A stretch of DNA of 63,547 nucleotides, counting the filler, from Octopus bimaculoides (lineage: Eukaryota): the NCBI RefSeq assembly GCF_001194135.2. It is 5 parts of 5 records of this genome, joined end to end, with 100 filler letters (N's around TTAATTAATTAA, not from the genome) between each part and the next. Parts side by side here need not be neighbours in the genome. Positions count along the whole stretch, not along the records: positions 1 to 31,885 come from NC_068983.1; 4 more parts are not named here. One strand, 5' to 3'. Shown one piece after another: positions 10,230-23,864 of the stretch. Below the pieces are notes generated by a model that was given only the letters and a program-made list of their open reading frames with translations, was not told the origin of the DNA and did not search any database. Within the stretch, counting starts at the first letter, position 1, and each line of letters starts with the position of its first letter. The translations under genes and the position numbers were made by a program.

Positions 10230-13200
10230 TAAGGGGATCCTTTCTCTCTTGTTTACCATATCACAGCCCAGATTAGGCAATGTAAATGCATATAGCATGA
10301 GAACAGCGAGGAAGCATAGTAACCTGCTCAACGACCTTACGTCACTAGGTATAGCTGTGGTGGCCATCGGTGAGACTAGCGTTTCCGATCCACAAACTTT
10401 CATGCCCATTCTCGGTGGATACGAGATTTACTTACCTCCAAGTCGACCGGGAATGAGTGGTGGCACTGCTCTGCTGATTTGGAAAAGTCTGAGTCTCACG
10501 ATATGAACCATCTTCTTGGATACAGAAAGTAAGTTGGTGGTCCAAGATATGAACAGTAACGAAGAGAATACTTTCAGACAACTAGTGGCAGGACATATTA
10601 ATTTTTTCAGGCGTTTAAATGTTTTCCTAGGAACGTCTCACCCTTATGTTAATGAGTGACTGGAACGCCATCTTGGATGCACGTTTGGATTGTGTGGTGA
10701 TAGCTAATATGAGAAGGAGTGTATCTTGATAGAGTATTCTGTAGGCTATTCTGTAAGCCAGTAGATAAGGATAGCACACGTTGCCCACTTTTTCAAACCG
10801 TCATCTACACAGACTACAAATGTTTGATCTTCATGGCCGATTTAGATAAAAATGTGGGCAGGAACTAGTTAATGGAACCTGAACGTGTCATTCCTGGTGC
10901 ACCAATCTTACAGAGACCGGGTAAGCGAATTAGTTTAGCGAGCAATTATGAGGTCGATTATCAATAACAGAGTGGTTTGTCATAAAACGGGCAATTAAAG
11001 TAGAATCCATTAGGTTTACTTAGATTGTAGCGAGAGGGAAAATATAAAATACACTCAGGAACAGTCAACGAGATTGGCCCTCGACCAGTTTTTCCACGCG
11101 AAGCACAAAGTCTCTATCATCAAAGGTAAAAGCATGTATTCTATGACATGAAGCAAGGAAAGTCGCTCGACGGGCCCAAGTGACAGAGATGCAACTTGAC
11201 AACGAAACAGAATTCGGTCTTTGGCGGACTATAATGGGTACACGCGCCTTGACTTCAAGGAGATAGATAAGACTTTAGGAGTAACTTGCTTGACTTTGCA
11301 GGATGAATGGTGGACCAGAACTCCGGATGGATCTCAGTACTTACCTCGACGAACTGCAGAAACTTTCACCAAGAGAAGGAAAGAGCAGCGAAACGCCGAC
11401 AGCAACCACGAAAATGCACGAAACAATGTTTGGCTGCATGGGGAGTGGAGAAAAATCTCCTGGTTTGGGTCATCTGCCCTACGAGCTTTACCTTTATATA
11501 CCAGACATATTTGGAACCCTTTCCGCAGATATCTATCGCAAATGGCAGGAGGACGGGAGAAATTTCAGTTCCGCGAGTCGAGAGGCGGTGGAACTGCAAT
11601 GAAGGGACTCAAATAACGGGGATCACATTGATAATTTTAGGCCCATAACTCTGTCAAATGCAGATTTAAAAATTTTAAACAAGGTTTTAGAAAAGAGGTT
11701 GAGTCTTGTCATCGAGGATCTGATTGGTGATGCGCAAAATATCGTCATCCTAAAATCTATCCACGGTGATACATCATTGAGAGATTGGTTAATAAACCTG
11801 GCATGGGTGGTGCCCTGGTCAATTTAGATCAATCAAATGCCTTCGATAGGGCCAACCGCCAAATCTTAGCGGCAGTTCTCACGGCTGCAGGTTTCGGTCC
11901 CATCTTTCGCCGCTGGATTGCCATAAGGTGCTGCAACATCTGCTTGATGGTTCGAGTGAACGGCCATTTATTAGAACCATTCAACATCATGCACTCTCCT
12001 CCCTTCTATGTGTACTGCGGAAACAGGAAAAATTGAGGGGCATCTCGTGCGAACTCGTGAGAGAACCCTGTCGTTATACGTGGACGACGTCACCGTAATT
12101 GTGTCAGACACTAGTCACTAGTGTACCGAACACTAGGACACTAGACACGAGTATCGAACATTAGGACCTGATTGGCACTACTCTAAAAGAATACGTGGCA
12201 GTGGCAGGAAGAAAAATCAATCAAGAAAACTCAGTGGGACTGCAACTTGGTACCTGGAGAGGTAAGTCCATACCGTCCAACAGTGATGTGGAACTATGGA
12301 CGGACAGACCGGTTAACTTACTCGGAGTCTGGTTTGGTCCGGACCGCCAAACGGAGGAGAAATGAGATGAGGTGATGAGCAAGATGGCCAGTCGAACCAA
12401 GAAATGAGGGACATCTTTCTCTGAAAGGTCGGACAGTGGTGGCGAACACATACGTCACTCTCGTCATATATTACTGTCTGACCGCTGAACCTTGCCCCAG
12501 TTCACATCTGATCAAACTGGAATGCCTATCCCCCGCCTTCTGCGGCAGGGACGCGTTCCGCTGCCCAGAAGCTTCACTTATCAACAGCTGATGATGCGTA
12601 GACAAGCGTTGAGACTTCGATACCTCCAGCGCTTCTTTTACGGTGAGCAGTTATGGTCACCGTTTGTCAAACACTCTTTACTGCAGCTCTTCTTTAACTG
12701 GGCTGCAGTAGACGAGGCAGGCCGCCTGACACCTAGAGTGCCGTCATGTGCTCACAGCCTTCTATTATTCGTTCTATAGAAGTTTAGTAGCGGGCAAGGG
12801 TGATGACGTTCTTGCAGAAACCATTGGCGTTGACAAGAATCAACTAGGTGGTATTCACCAGGGTATTTCAAGTAATAGCCTATGAATAATCTAGTAGTCT
12901 CTCTAGCCTGGCAGTGCAGCCGGGGGCCACTCCCAGTTCAAGTTAAACTCTACAGGTATGGAAGTACCGTCAGCCAGGCCTGCTCCAGATGTGCAGGGCG
13001 ACGAAACTCTTCTGCACGTACTCGTTCAGTGCTCGGATATTCCTGACTTAATATCAGAACAGCTCCTGCTATTAGCTGAGTGCCTTATTAAGATCGTACT
13101 CTGTCACTTTCCTTTACCCGGAAAGGACTAGCAGTGTCTGTTTTGTCTAGTGGCAAAAGAAGTTGTGTGGAGCAAAAAGGTCGTGTGGAGGACCGGATTG

Positions 13201-13560
13201 AAGGGGCTGAAGACAAATACTTTCCCCGTCGATTTCATGTTCCACTTTGAAAAGAAAAATGAGGGTGGAGAGTGAAGTGCTTCTTTCAGCAATTCAGTTG
13301 AAAGGTGGATGAAAGTAGCAAACAGGACTGCTCTGAGCCTGCGACTATAGAGTGAGAGACGAGGATGAGGAGTGGGGACTTTCCTTAGTCTTGAGGGCGA
13401 CCGCAGTCTTATAGGTTTCCTACGAGCATGTCTCGGATGTTACCCTCTTTTGGGGGTAATTTTCTTGTTTGAATATTTTTTCTTCATTGTTATTTTTACT
13501 GCTTTTAAGCCTTCATGTAACCCGCCATCATATCATATCGTACTATGGTCTTCGTGTAAT
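10230..13560 (+). mobile_element. Decayed L1/Tx1-like LINE ORF2 (APE endonuclease, RT, C-terminal CCHC)
   Basis: APE start NVNAYSMRTARK...AIGETS...GGTALLIWK (10249-10506). RT motifs DNFRPITLSNADLKILNKVLEKRL (~11630), LDQSNAFDR (~11820) and YVDD (12077-12088). Also LGVWFGP, LSLKGRTVV and ACSRC..DETLLHVLVQC (~12975). Many stops and frameshifts. Confidence 0.9.
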
Positions 13561-13582
13561 TACTTAGAGGTGACTATAGAGA

Positions 13583-13617
13583 TTATTATTATTTTTATAA
13601 TAATAATAATAATAATG

Positions 13618-13673
<56 letters not shown>

Positions 13674-13691
13674 TATTATTANNNNNNNNNN

Positions 13692-13772
<81 letters not shown>
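13583..13772. repeat. (AAT)n/(ATT)n microsatellite containing a 10-N gap
   Basis: Direct reading. Confidence 0.95.
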
Positions 13773-13773
<1 letters not shown>

Positions 13774-14422
13774 GGATTGAATTCTTGATACACTTAACAC
13801 CTTTATTATTAATATATGATTAACAGTAACGAAATTAAATTAATTATCTTTAATTAGTAAACTGAAGTTTTAATTCCAACTTGTATTGGAAATACAATAT
13901 GCATAAAGTAAACATCAACATTTGTAAATAATATATATAAAATTGCTATTTATAATTACTAAAACATATTAACGTTATGAATAATAATTATAATATTCGT
14001 TAGTTTTTAATTAATATATTTGTTGTTTAATACTTACATATTATGGTATTATCACTAAATATTTTAAAATGTTGGTTAAAGGAATAGTTGTTACTTCAAA
14101 CACCGAGGGATTACTTTCGCTTATGTATCGATGATAATATTACTGCTACACACATGCAGATATACATGCATGCGCGCACGAGCATGTGTGTGTGTGTGTG
14201 TGTGTGTGGCTGTGTGCGTGTGCGTGCGTACGTGTGCGTGTGTGTGTGTATTTATACAACGTATAGGGAAAATCAAATACTTACAGGAGACTACACAGCA
14301 GCAAGTCACGATAAATTTCGGCTTTGCAAAGTTCTTAAAAAGAGCAGATTCCATCTTCCGAAACCCGCATCGAAAATTTGTAATAACAAATCCCATCTCC
14401 GGAAGGTGAATAGGTTGCCACA

Positions 14423-14494
14423 AAATTTTGATGCAGGCTACAATCAAATTACAAGCACCAATTACGCAACCATTCTAGAAACAGCTGTAAAGTT
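14423..14494 (+). ncRNA. Decayed hammerhead motif, same stem III type as 667-746
   Basis: AAATT-TTGATGC-AGG...CTA-GAAAC-AGCT-GTA-AAGTT. Identical ACAGCTGT palindrome and GUA triplet, 4 of 5 stem I pairs, two core substitutions. Confidence 0.45.
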
Positions 14495-14783
14495 CTATCA
14501 GCACGCATTTTTTTCTATTTTTTCAAGGTTTTTACCTGTAACACTAATTCATCTGCCTGCCAAACTGTTATATCAACGGTATGAGTCAAACTCCTAACAT
14601 CGAAACTATTTAAGAACTTTTCAGTCAACACGTTTTCTGACCTCCTGCTATATATACTCCATTATGTATCTTCCTTTCTCTTTATGTTGTATAAGTACGT
14701 CATAATATCACTTCATAGGTGTTTGTGCTTTTTTTTGTTAGTGTTGTTATTGCTACACACATATAAAATCGATGTTCATTTAG

Positions 14784-14849
14784 GCATCTAAAGTTGAAGT
14801 TTAGGCACAAATTCGACGGGAGCACTAATTGTATGTGCCTTCAAGCTAG
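14784..14849 (+). CDS. Candidate 66-nt internal exon (phase 2 to 2: HLKLKFRHKFDGSTNCMCLQA)
   Basis: TTCATTTAG acceptor and AG|GTGAGT donor. One open frame, length divisible by 3. No protein family recognised. Confidence 0.35.
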
Positions 14850-14945
14850 GTGAGTAGTAACTGAGAGGACTAATGAAAGAATTGTTAATTTCTACAACAA
14901 AGAGTACATTTTCTTCCGCAAATCGACACAATACGGATACATATT

Positions 14946-14988
<43 letters not shown>

Positions 14989-16587
14989 TTATTTATGTGT
15001 TTCAGCCAAGTGGCTGCGGTCATGCTGGTGNNNNNNNNNNNNNNNNNNNNNNNNNNNNNNNNNNNNNNNNNNNNNNNNNNNNNNNNNNNNNNNNNNNNNN
15101 NNNNNNNNNNNNNNNNNNNNNNNNNNNNNNNNNNNNNNNNNNNNNNNNNNNNNNNNNNNNNNNNNNNNNNNNNNNNNNNNNNNNNNNNNNNNNNNNNNNN
15201 NNNNNNNNNNNNNNNNNNNNNNNNNNNNNNNNNNNNNNNNNNNNNNNNNNNNNNNNNNNNNNNNNNNNNNNNNNNNNNNNNNNNNNNNNNNNNNNNNNNN
15301 NNNNNNNNNNNNNNNNNNNNNNNNNNNNNNNNNNNNNNNNNNNNNNNNNNNNNNNNNNNNNNNNNNNNNNNNNNNNNNNNNNNNNNNNNNNNNNNNNNNN
15401 NNNNNNNNNNNNNNNNNNNNNNNNNNNNNNNNNNNNNNNNNNNNNNNNNNNNNNNNNNNNNNNNNNNNNNNNNNNTATATATATATATATATATGCATGC
15501 TACATACACATATAAAATATATGAGTACACACACACAAACACACTCATATATATGAACACAGGCGTACACATTATGCCCAATAATATTACAAAATATAAA
15601 CAAAATATAATTAGATATATAACAAACAAAATATTATGCTTGAAAATATTAAAATTATATTGTGATTTATATTATTAAATCTTACAGAATTCTTATCAAA
15701 TATATGTTGTGAGCAATATCATCAATACATCAAATAGATATTGCGAATAATTTTATCAATATAAATAGATGCAATGTTATCAAATACATAGTTTTCTCTA
15801 TTATGGAAATACGATAAAATATAAAACTTGGGACATTTTTATGAAAATTGGACTCGCTGTATAATGTTTTGCACTCATCTAATGCTTTTCTCTGAAGCAT
15901 ACACATATTAAGTTCTAACACCAGGTTATTAGTATCGTTATGGTTAAGCGATATATATATATATATATGTATACATACACACATATATATAAATATATAT
16001 NNNNNNNNNNNNNNNNNNNNNNNNNNNNNNNNNNNNNNNNNNNNNNNNNNNNNNNNNNNNNNNNNNNNNNNNNNNNNNNNNNNNNNNNNNNNNNNNNNNN
16101 NNNNNNNNNNNNNNNNNNNNNNNNNNNNNNNNNNNNNNNNNNNNNNNNNNNNNNNNNNNNNNNNNNNNNNNNNNNNNNNNNNNNNNNNNNNNNNNNNNNN
16201 NNNNNNNNNNNNNNNNNNNNNNNNNNNNNNNNNNNNNNNNNNNNNNNNNNNNNNNNNNNNNNNNNNNNNNNNNNNNNNNNNNNNNNNNNNNNNNNNNNNN
16301 NNNNNNNNNNNNNNNNNNNNNNNNNNNNNNNNNNNNNNNNNNNNNNNNNNNNNNNNNNNNNNNNNNNNNNNNNNNNNNNNNNNNNNNNNNNNNNNNNNNN
16401 NNNNNNNNNNNNNNNNNNNNNNNNNNNNNNNNNNNNNNNNNNNNNNNNNNNNNNNNNNNNNNNNNNNNNNNNNNNNNNNNNNNNNNNNNNNNNNNNNNNN
16501 NNNNNNNNNNNNNNNNNNNNNNNNNNNNNNNNNNNNNNNNNNNNNNNNNNNNNNNNNNNNNNNNNNNNNNNNNNNNNNNNNNNNNNT

Positions 16588-16645
16588 ATGTCCATGCTCG
16601 GGCACGGCCCTGAAGGTTTTAAGACGAACAAATCGACCGCAGGAC

Positions 16646-16680
<35 letters not shown>

Positions 16681-17050
16681 CCTAATATTTATCCTATCGG
16701 TTACTTCTGCCAAACCGCTATGTTACGATGACATAAACACTCCAACACCGATTGTTAAGTGGTGAGGGTGGGAGGAAAACACAGACACACTGATAGACAC
16801 ACATAAGATATATACATATATTTATAAGGCGGGATTCTTTCAGTTTCCGTCTCACAAATCTTTGGCCGGCTCGAGACTATAGTAAAAGAAATTTGCACAA
16901 GGTACAACACAGTGGGATTGAACGCGGGACCGTGTGATTAGGGAGCAAGCTTCTTATCACAAAACCACACCTGCGCCAGAACGTAAAAACAGACGAAATA
17001 CTGTTAAGCATTTGGCCTGGCGTGCTAACATTTCTGTTAGCTCACCGCCC
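16588..17050 (-). mobile_element. Diverged SINE family B (16588-16978) abutting a SINE A head fragment (16977-17050)
   Basis: Similarity to the other copies. A (TA)n tract is inserted in the family B body. Confidence 0.75.
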
Positions 17051-17452
17051 TAATCGGGTATAATTCAGTGTTAAGAAGGATTCTGAAGACGATGAAGGGG
17101 TATTTTACGACAGATAGGACGTCCGAACATTTTAATAAGTCTTTTCGGTAATAAACGTAGAACTAACAGTGTGAAATATGAAATGGCCATATGTGTGAAT
17201 GTGGGTGTGCACTCGATAACGTGTTCCTTGATGATCCTTTCTGGTTAAGTATCCAAATGTAATTGCAATACCCAGGGCAGTGTTCCAAGCAACGGTAATT
17301 GAAACGTACGTAGAAGCTGAAACAAACTTGTGCTTATCATTATTTCACACACATATATATATATATCTGTGTATGTGCGTGTGTGTGTATGCATATATAC
17401 ACATATATAGTGTATATATATATACACATATATAATGCATGTATACACATAC

Positions 17453-17492
<40 letters not shown>

Positions 17493-17968
17493 TACATGTA
17501 TCTAAGAATCTCTTTGTATACATCACAGATAAATACTTTCACACATACTTCTTGGCGTATCTGCATACGCTAGGTAGGCACATTTTATACAAATCAAACA
17601 ATAGCCTCGTTATAAATTGCAGCTCAACTAGAGGTCTGATGAGCGAATCAATGCATCAGTCACCATATCGTTCAGACACACACACACACACACGCGCGTA
17701 TATATATATATATATATATTTATATCGGGAATGAATACATACATATATATACATTAGATATATGTGTGTGATTAACAGTAAAAAGTGGGAATAATAACAA
17801 ATAATAAAATTAATAACAACAAAGACTAAAATTAATAGTAGAATATATAAATTTATTTCATAAAATTTTAAATTTAATACAAATAGTATGTTATACGAAA
17901 TATAATCATAGTAACATTTTTAGTACGTACATATATATGTTATAATAACTACACTATTAATATAATAC

Positions 17969-18015
<47 letters not shown>

Positions 18016-18462
18016 ATATATATATATAGGCACAGAAAAATTTATTTGTACATAAATTTCTCTGAAATTACACAACATGAATGACACGTAGCACAAGAAC
18101 TAAAATGGCAGAAATAATAACAACATCGACAAAAACAGTAATAATAATGATAACATGTACAGCAAAACAATGATTATAATATCTTAATTGTTTAATATTT
18201 ACATCAAACTTTACATGAATAGTGTACATAAAAAGTGCGTATATTTATATATTAGAAAAATAAAATATAAAATAATAACATAAGAATGCATATACATAGA
18301 CACACGCTTGCTCGCTCGCTCGCACACATACAAGTATTTATTAAATGAATATATTGCTTTAAAATACACATAATATTAGCTAGGAACAGCCTCATTAACG
18401 ATGTTCAGGACATCAGCTAAACGTGTGGGCGTATGTCTGTGCATATATATATATATACACGT

Positions 18463-18499
<37 letters not shown>

Positions 18500-18542
18500 T
18501 ACATAGAAAAGTTTCGGTATGGAGTAGGTAAGATCCGGGGTA

Positions 18543-18620
18543 CATACGTTTCATAGCGAGCGGAACCTCGTAGTAAAAATTCAAGCGAGGTGTATACCGC
18601 CGGCTACTCTTCAGGACAAG
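18543..18620 (-). ncRNA. Hammerhead-like motif with long stem II and decayed stem I
   Basis: Minus strand: CTGAAGA-GTAGC-CG-GCGG-TATAC-ACCTCG-loop-CGAGGT-T-CCGC-TC-GCTAT-GAAAC-GTA. Three stacked helices lie between intact core segments, and stem III is the palindrome ACGT. Confidence 0.55.
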
Positions 18621-18692
18621 GACATCTTGAAACTAACCTTCTTCCTACACTTCGATTTTTGGATCTTGCTTTTATATGTATATATATATATA

Positions 18693-18734
<42 letters not shown>

Positions 18735-19486
18735 CATGCATTGCAGCACTTAGCAACACGTTCTGTCGCTTTCGGTGTAAAATTGACATACATATATAAT
18801 TGTGTATCTAAAGTTGTATATTTAAAATGCTTATACAGCTAGATTTTCATGTACATACATGAAATATTTAGAAACCCTGTGTGTGTGTAAATAAATATAT
18901 ATATATATATATACATCAAAAAAAGTATATATATATACACACACACACACAAAGATTTATTATTATGTACAATCTTACATGCTATATATATGTATATATA
19001 TATGTGTGTGTGTGTGTTTGTATGTGTGTGTTTGAAAAGAGAAAAAGAATGACGTCACTGGTAGTTCTAGTTAGTTTACTTTATTATTTTTTTACTTTAT
19101 ATAATATAAATTTTACGTGTAAAATTTATATAGAAAATTTTATAAAATAATAAATTAAACTGATTAGAACTACCAATGAAGCCATTATTTTTCTTTTTAA
19201 AAATATACCTAACTCTACCAAGGATCTCACACATTTTTCTGTATACACACACACACACTCACACACACACACACACACACACACACGTATATTTGTGGTT
19301 GTATCTGTATGTATAGATAATGTGTATGTACAGCGAAAGGGGAAAGGACGGAGAATGGAGATGGTAACTAAGTAGACAGGTAAAGTGTTATACCAAGCTC
19401 AAACTCACACCTACATACCGTACATACAATATGCAAAGATACATACGTACATACATACATACAGACATATATATATATTATTTTAT

Positions 19487-19695
19487 TCTTTTACTTGTTT
19501 CAGTCATTTGACTGCGACCATGTGGGAGCACCCCCTTTTTAGTCGAACAAATCGACCCCAGGACTTATTCTTTGTTAGCCTAGTATCGATATCTATTGCC
19601 GAACCACTAATTACGGAGACGTAAACACAGCAACATCGCATCGGTTGTGAAGCGATGGTGCGGGGACAAACCCAAATACATACATATATACATAC

Positions 19696-19728
<33 letters not shown>

Positions 19729-19875
19729 CATATATATATATCCACGGCGGGTTTCCTTTAGTTTCCGGTCTGAAGACGTAGTAGAAGACATTTGCCCAAG
19801 GTGCAATGCAGTGGGACTGAACCCGAGCCCATGAGGTTGAGAAGGAAGCTTTCTCACAACGCAGCCACGCCTTGC
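19487..19875 (-). mobile_element. SINE family B, near full length with a small internal deletion
   Basis: Tail, internal (TA)/(TG) tract and tRNA-like head are all present. Confidence 0.9.
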
Positions 19876-19894
19876 GTATATATATATATATTTG

Positions 19895-19955
19895 TTTTGC
19901 AAGATTTTTTATGTGAAATCGTGTATTGAAACAGATGTTGTTGTACTTGGGGATG
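19895..19955 (-). repeat. Fragment of an interspersed repeat shared with 57795-57860
   Basis: Reverse complement CATCCCCAAGTACAACAACATCTGTTTCAATACACGATTTCACATAAAAAATCTTGCAAAAC aligns to CGTCCCGAAATATAACAATATTTGTTTCAGCACACGATTTCACATCATCAAGAATCTTTCAAAAC. Confidence 0.75.
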
Positions 19956-20381
19956 NNNNNNNNNNNNNNNNNNNNNNNNNNNNNNNNNNNNNNNNNNNNN
20001 NNNNNNNNNNNNNNNNNNNNNNNNNNNNNNNNNNNNNNNNNNNNNNNNNNNNNNNNNNNNNNNNNNNNNNNNNNNNNNNNNNNNNNNNNNNNNNNNNNNN
20101 NNNNNNNNNNNNNNNNNNNNNNNNNNNNNNNNNNNNNNNNNNNNNNNNNNNNNNNNNNNNNNNNNNNNNNNNNNNNNNNNNNNNNNNNNNNNNNNNNNNN
20201 NNNNNNNNNNNNNNNNNNNNNNNNNNNNNNNNNNNNNNNNNNNNNNNNNNNNNNNNNNNNNNNTATATATATATATATATATATATGTGTATATATATCT
20301 GTTTGTGTGTATATATAGATATACACATATGTATATATATGCACCTGTATATGTATGTGTTAGGATGTGTGTGTGTGTGAC

Positions 20382-20417
<36 letters not shown>

Positions 20418-21117
20418 GGGGGAGTGATTTTGCTTTTAAATTCATTTGTACGTATCGAAATGATGCACACGCGTATAAATCCATTCACAAAAACATCATC
20501 TTCTCTTCGTATGTACATACAGATACGCAAATATCACTGTCTTTTCATAGACACATGGAACTTGGCATACCTCAACTTATGTCGTTTAAATTTTCTCTAC
20601 TTTTGATTCTGAGCTCTTTTGGTGATTTTTTGTTTTTTTTTTCGTGCTTTTTTTTTTTTTGTTAATTTACTAACACATATTGATATGACACCATATACAT
20701 GCATAAATATATTAAGATAACATCATTCTTAAACGTATGTATATATTCACACACAAATAACAATATTTTTGTTTGTATGCATATAGCCACATGCATAAAT
20801 GTATCGAAACGACTGTAATTGTGAGCGTATAACGATACAAACACACACACACGCAATTTTTTTTTTTGAAATAACCGTATTTGTAGCGATATGCGGAAGC
20901 AAAAGAGTTCATAATTCATAAACAAAATAATTTTAGAAATATATAAAGTCCGTTCTAATTGTAGTTTCGCGCATTAGGTCATTATATTAAAGGTTTCGTA
21001 CATAGGACTTTAGTACCATCTATGGAATTATGAAAAGTTTATACACACTGAAACATACATAGATAAATAGAAACATACATAGATAAATATATATATCGAC
21101 ATTTATAAATATTTATC

Positions 21118-21484
21118 AGAAGTGGCTGTGTGGTAATTAATTATCTTGCTTGCTAACCATATGGTTTTGAGTTCAGTCCCACTGCGTGGCACCTTCAGCA
21201 AGTGTCTTCTGCTACAGCCTCGGGTCGACCAAAGCCTTGTAAGTGGATTTGGTAGATGGAAACTGAAAGAAGCTCGTTGTATATATTTATGTGTGTATGT
21301 GTGTGTGTGTACCTGTGTTTCTCCCCTAACATCGCTTGACAACCGATGGTGGTGTGTTTACGTCCCCCGTAACATAGCGGTTCGACCAAAGACAACCGAC
21401 AGAGTAAGTACTAGGCTTACCAGGAATAAGACCTGGGGATCGATTTGCTCGACTAAAGGCGGTGCTCTAGCATGGCCGCAGTCA
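21118..21484 (+). mobile_element. SINE family B
   Basis: Head GTGGCTGTGTGGTAA...GAGTTCAGTCCCACTGCGTGGCACC, with body and tail running into a gap. Confidence 0.92.
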
Positions 21485-21585
21485 ANNNNNNNNNNNNNNN
21501 NNNNNNNNNNNNNNNNNNNNNNNNNNNNNNNNNNNNNNNNNNNNNNNNNNNNNNNNNNNNNNNNNNNNNNNNNNNNNNNNNNNNN

Positions 21586-21624
<39 letters not shown>

Positions 21625-21906
21625 AGGAGCTGAACTGCTGGTGGTTGTTGTGATGGGACTGGTGCTGATGGTGGGAAATACCACGATGGTGGCGACGGAG
21701 ATGATGATTACTGCTTGTTTATGATGCTGCTGGTAGTGGTGATGCTGGTGGTAGTGGTGGTGGAGGTGGTTATTGTATTGGTGTTGAAGTTGGTGGTGAC
21801 AGGGACGGGGACGACTGTGTTGTTGTTGTTGTTGCTCATGGTTGTGGTTATGGTGATGGCGAGGGTAGGGGTGATACACATGGTGACGAAGGTCGTCACA
21901 GTACAA

Positions 21907-21938
<32 letters not shown>

Positions 21939-22547
21939 ACAGCAGTAGTAGTTGTCAGTCCTTCGATATTGGTAGTCGACGTCATACCTCCACTCACCTT
22001 CCCTCATAACAGAAGTAAAGACGCTAGGTTTGAAGAGAGAATGAGTGAAGTCGTCTCCTCACACCGACACACTGTAGACCAATACCGAAGAAACACCGTA
22101 ATAGTAGTGGTTGTAGTAGCGGTCATTGAGGCTATGGCAGTAGTGTTGACGGTAGTAAACTGTAGGTGGCAGTCAGTGTGTCGTTGGTAGTTGTGAGGGC
22201 GAAACGAGGGGAGGGATGGCTATTCGTGGCGTGACGGTGGTGGCCTAGGAGGTAGTGGTCTGCTCTGTGATGGTGTTGGTGGTGGCGGCGGTGTAAATGG
22301 CAGTAACCATGGTAGTGGTGGCTGTGTTATACGTGGCACTATGATGATGATGATGATGATGATGGTGATGCTGAGGATGACAATACTAATGATAATGTTG
22401 GTGGTGGTGGTGGTGGTGATGGGGAATGGTGGCAGGCATGCTTTCATGATAATGATGAGAACGATAATGACGGTGTTGATGATGATGTTTATGATGATGA
22501 TGATGATGGTGATGATAATGATAATGATGACGATGATGATGATGATA

Positions 22548-22603
<56 letters not shown>

Positions 22604-22700
22604 TGTGATGATGATCATGATGATCATGATGGTGGTGGTGGTGGTGATGATGAGGGTAGTTGCGGTGGCGGTGTTGGTGGCAGCAAGAAATAATAGACGC
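21586..22700. repeat. Compound degenerate trinucleotide repeats (GTA, GGT, GAT, CAG, TTG)
   Basis: Direct reading. Source of the poly-M, H, I and Q pseudo-ORFs. Confidence 0.9.
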
Positions 22701-22966
22701 ATGACAAGCAAAGTAAGGGGAAAGGAGAGAAAGATAAAGGAATGTTTTGGACAACATACATGAAAGAGAGAGGAGAGAGAGAGAGAAACGATGGGAGGGG
22801 GAGGAACAGAGTAAAAAGAGAGCAAAGGAAAGGGAGGGAAAAAATAAGAGGAAAGGGTGGTGAGAAGGGAAAAAGGAGGATTATAATTAAGAGTGAAAGG
22901 CGGAGTGGAGTGGCAAGCTGTAAGAGTGGTAGGATGTCATTGTGAACGACAAACCAGGTCACTGAC

Positions 22967-22997
<31 letters not shown>

Positions 22998-23261
22998 TAC
23001 TTACGTGTATATATATATATATCTACATATATATATATATATGAGTAGCACTACGCAGTCTTATTTGTAGTGGAATGCTCTATTACAGGTGCACATATAC
23101 ACAAAAGCTTTAATATAAATATAGATAGTATGCACGCGTGTATTTCCAAATCTATTGCACACACATACACACACACACAGTAATGAATCATTTGTATTGA
23201 AAAACGGACAAAACTACGTAAACAAATATACACTGATATATATACGAGAGTATTGTCTATA

Positions 23262-23529
23262 TGGATTTGGTAGACGGAAACTGAAAGAAGCCTGTCGTAT
23301 ATATGTATATATATATGTATGTGTGTATGTGTTTGTATGTCTGTGCCCCCCCCCACCAACATCGCTTGGTGTTTATGTGCCCGTAACTTAGTGGTTCGGC
23401 AAAATAGACAGATAGAATAAGTACTAGGCTTCCAAAGAATAAGTCCTGGGGTCGATTTGCTCGACTAAAGGCGGTGCTCCAGCATGGCCATAGCCAAAAG
23501 ACTGAAACAAGTAAAAGAGTAAAAGAGTA
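23262..23529 (+). mobile_element. SINE family B, 5'-truncated
   Basis: Body plus complete (AAAAGAGT)n tail. Confidence 0.92.
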
Positions 23530-23620
23530 TACATATATATATATGTGTATATATATGTATAAATGTATATATACATAGATAGACGTATATATAAGTATAT
23601 ATATATATATATATATTATA

Positions 23621-23864
23621 TACTCTCTTTTACTCTATTTTACTTGTTTCAGTCATTTGACTGCGGCCATGCTGGAGCACCGCCTTTAGTCGAGAAAATC
23701 GACCCCAGGACTTATTCTTTGTAAGCCTAGTACTTATTCTATCGTCCCTTTTTGCCGAACCACTAAGTTACGGGGACGTAAACACACCAGCATCGGTTGT
23801 CAAGTGATGGCGGGGGGACAAACACGGACACACAAACACACACACATATACGTATATATATATA
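23621..23864 (-). mobile_element. SINE family B, 3' half, tail-to-tail with the previous copy
   Basis: Near-consensus. Ends at a gap inside its internal (TA)n. Confidence 0.92.

Noticed and set aside
13583-13772. (AAT)n(ATT)n palindrome occurring twice (cruciform candidate)
   Set aside because: The doubling straddles a 10-N gap, so the length and copy number are unreliable.
21993-22066. Minus-strand exon-like segment with good acceptor and GTGAGT donor
   Set aside because: All three frames contain stops, and it lies among simple repeats.
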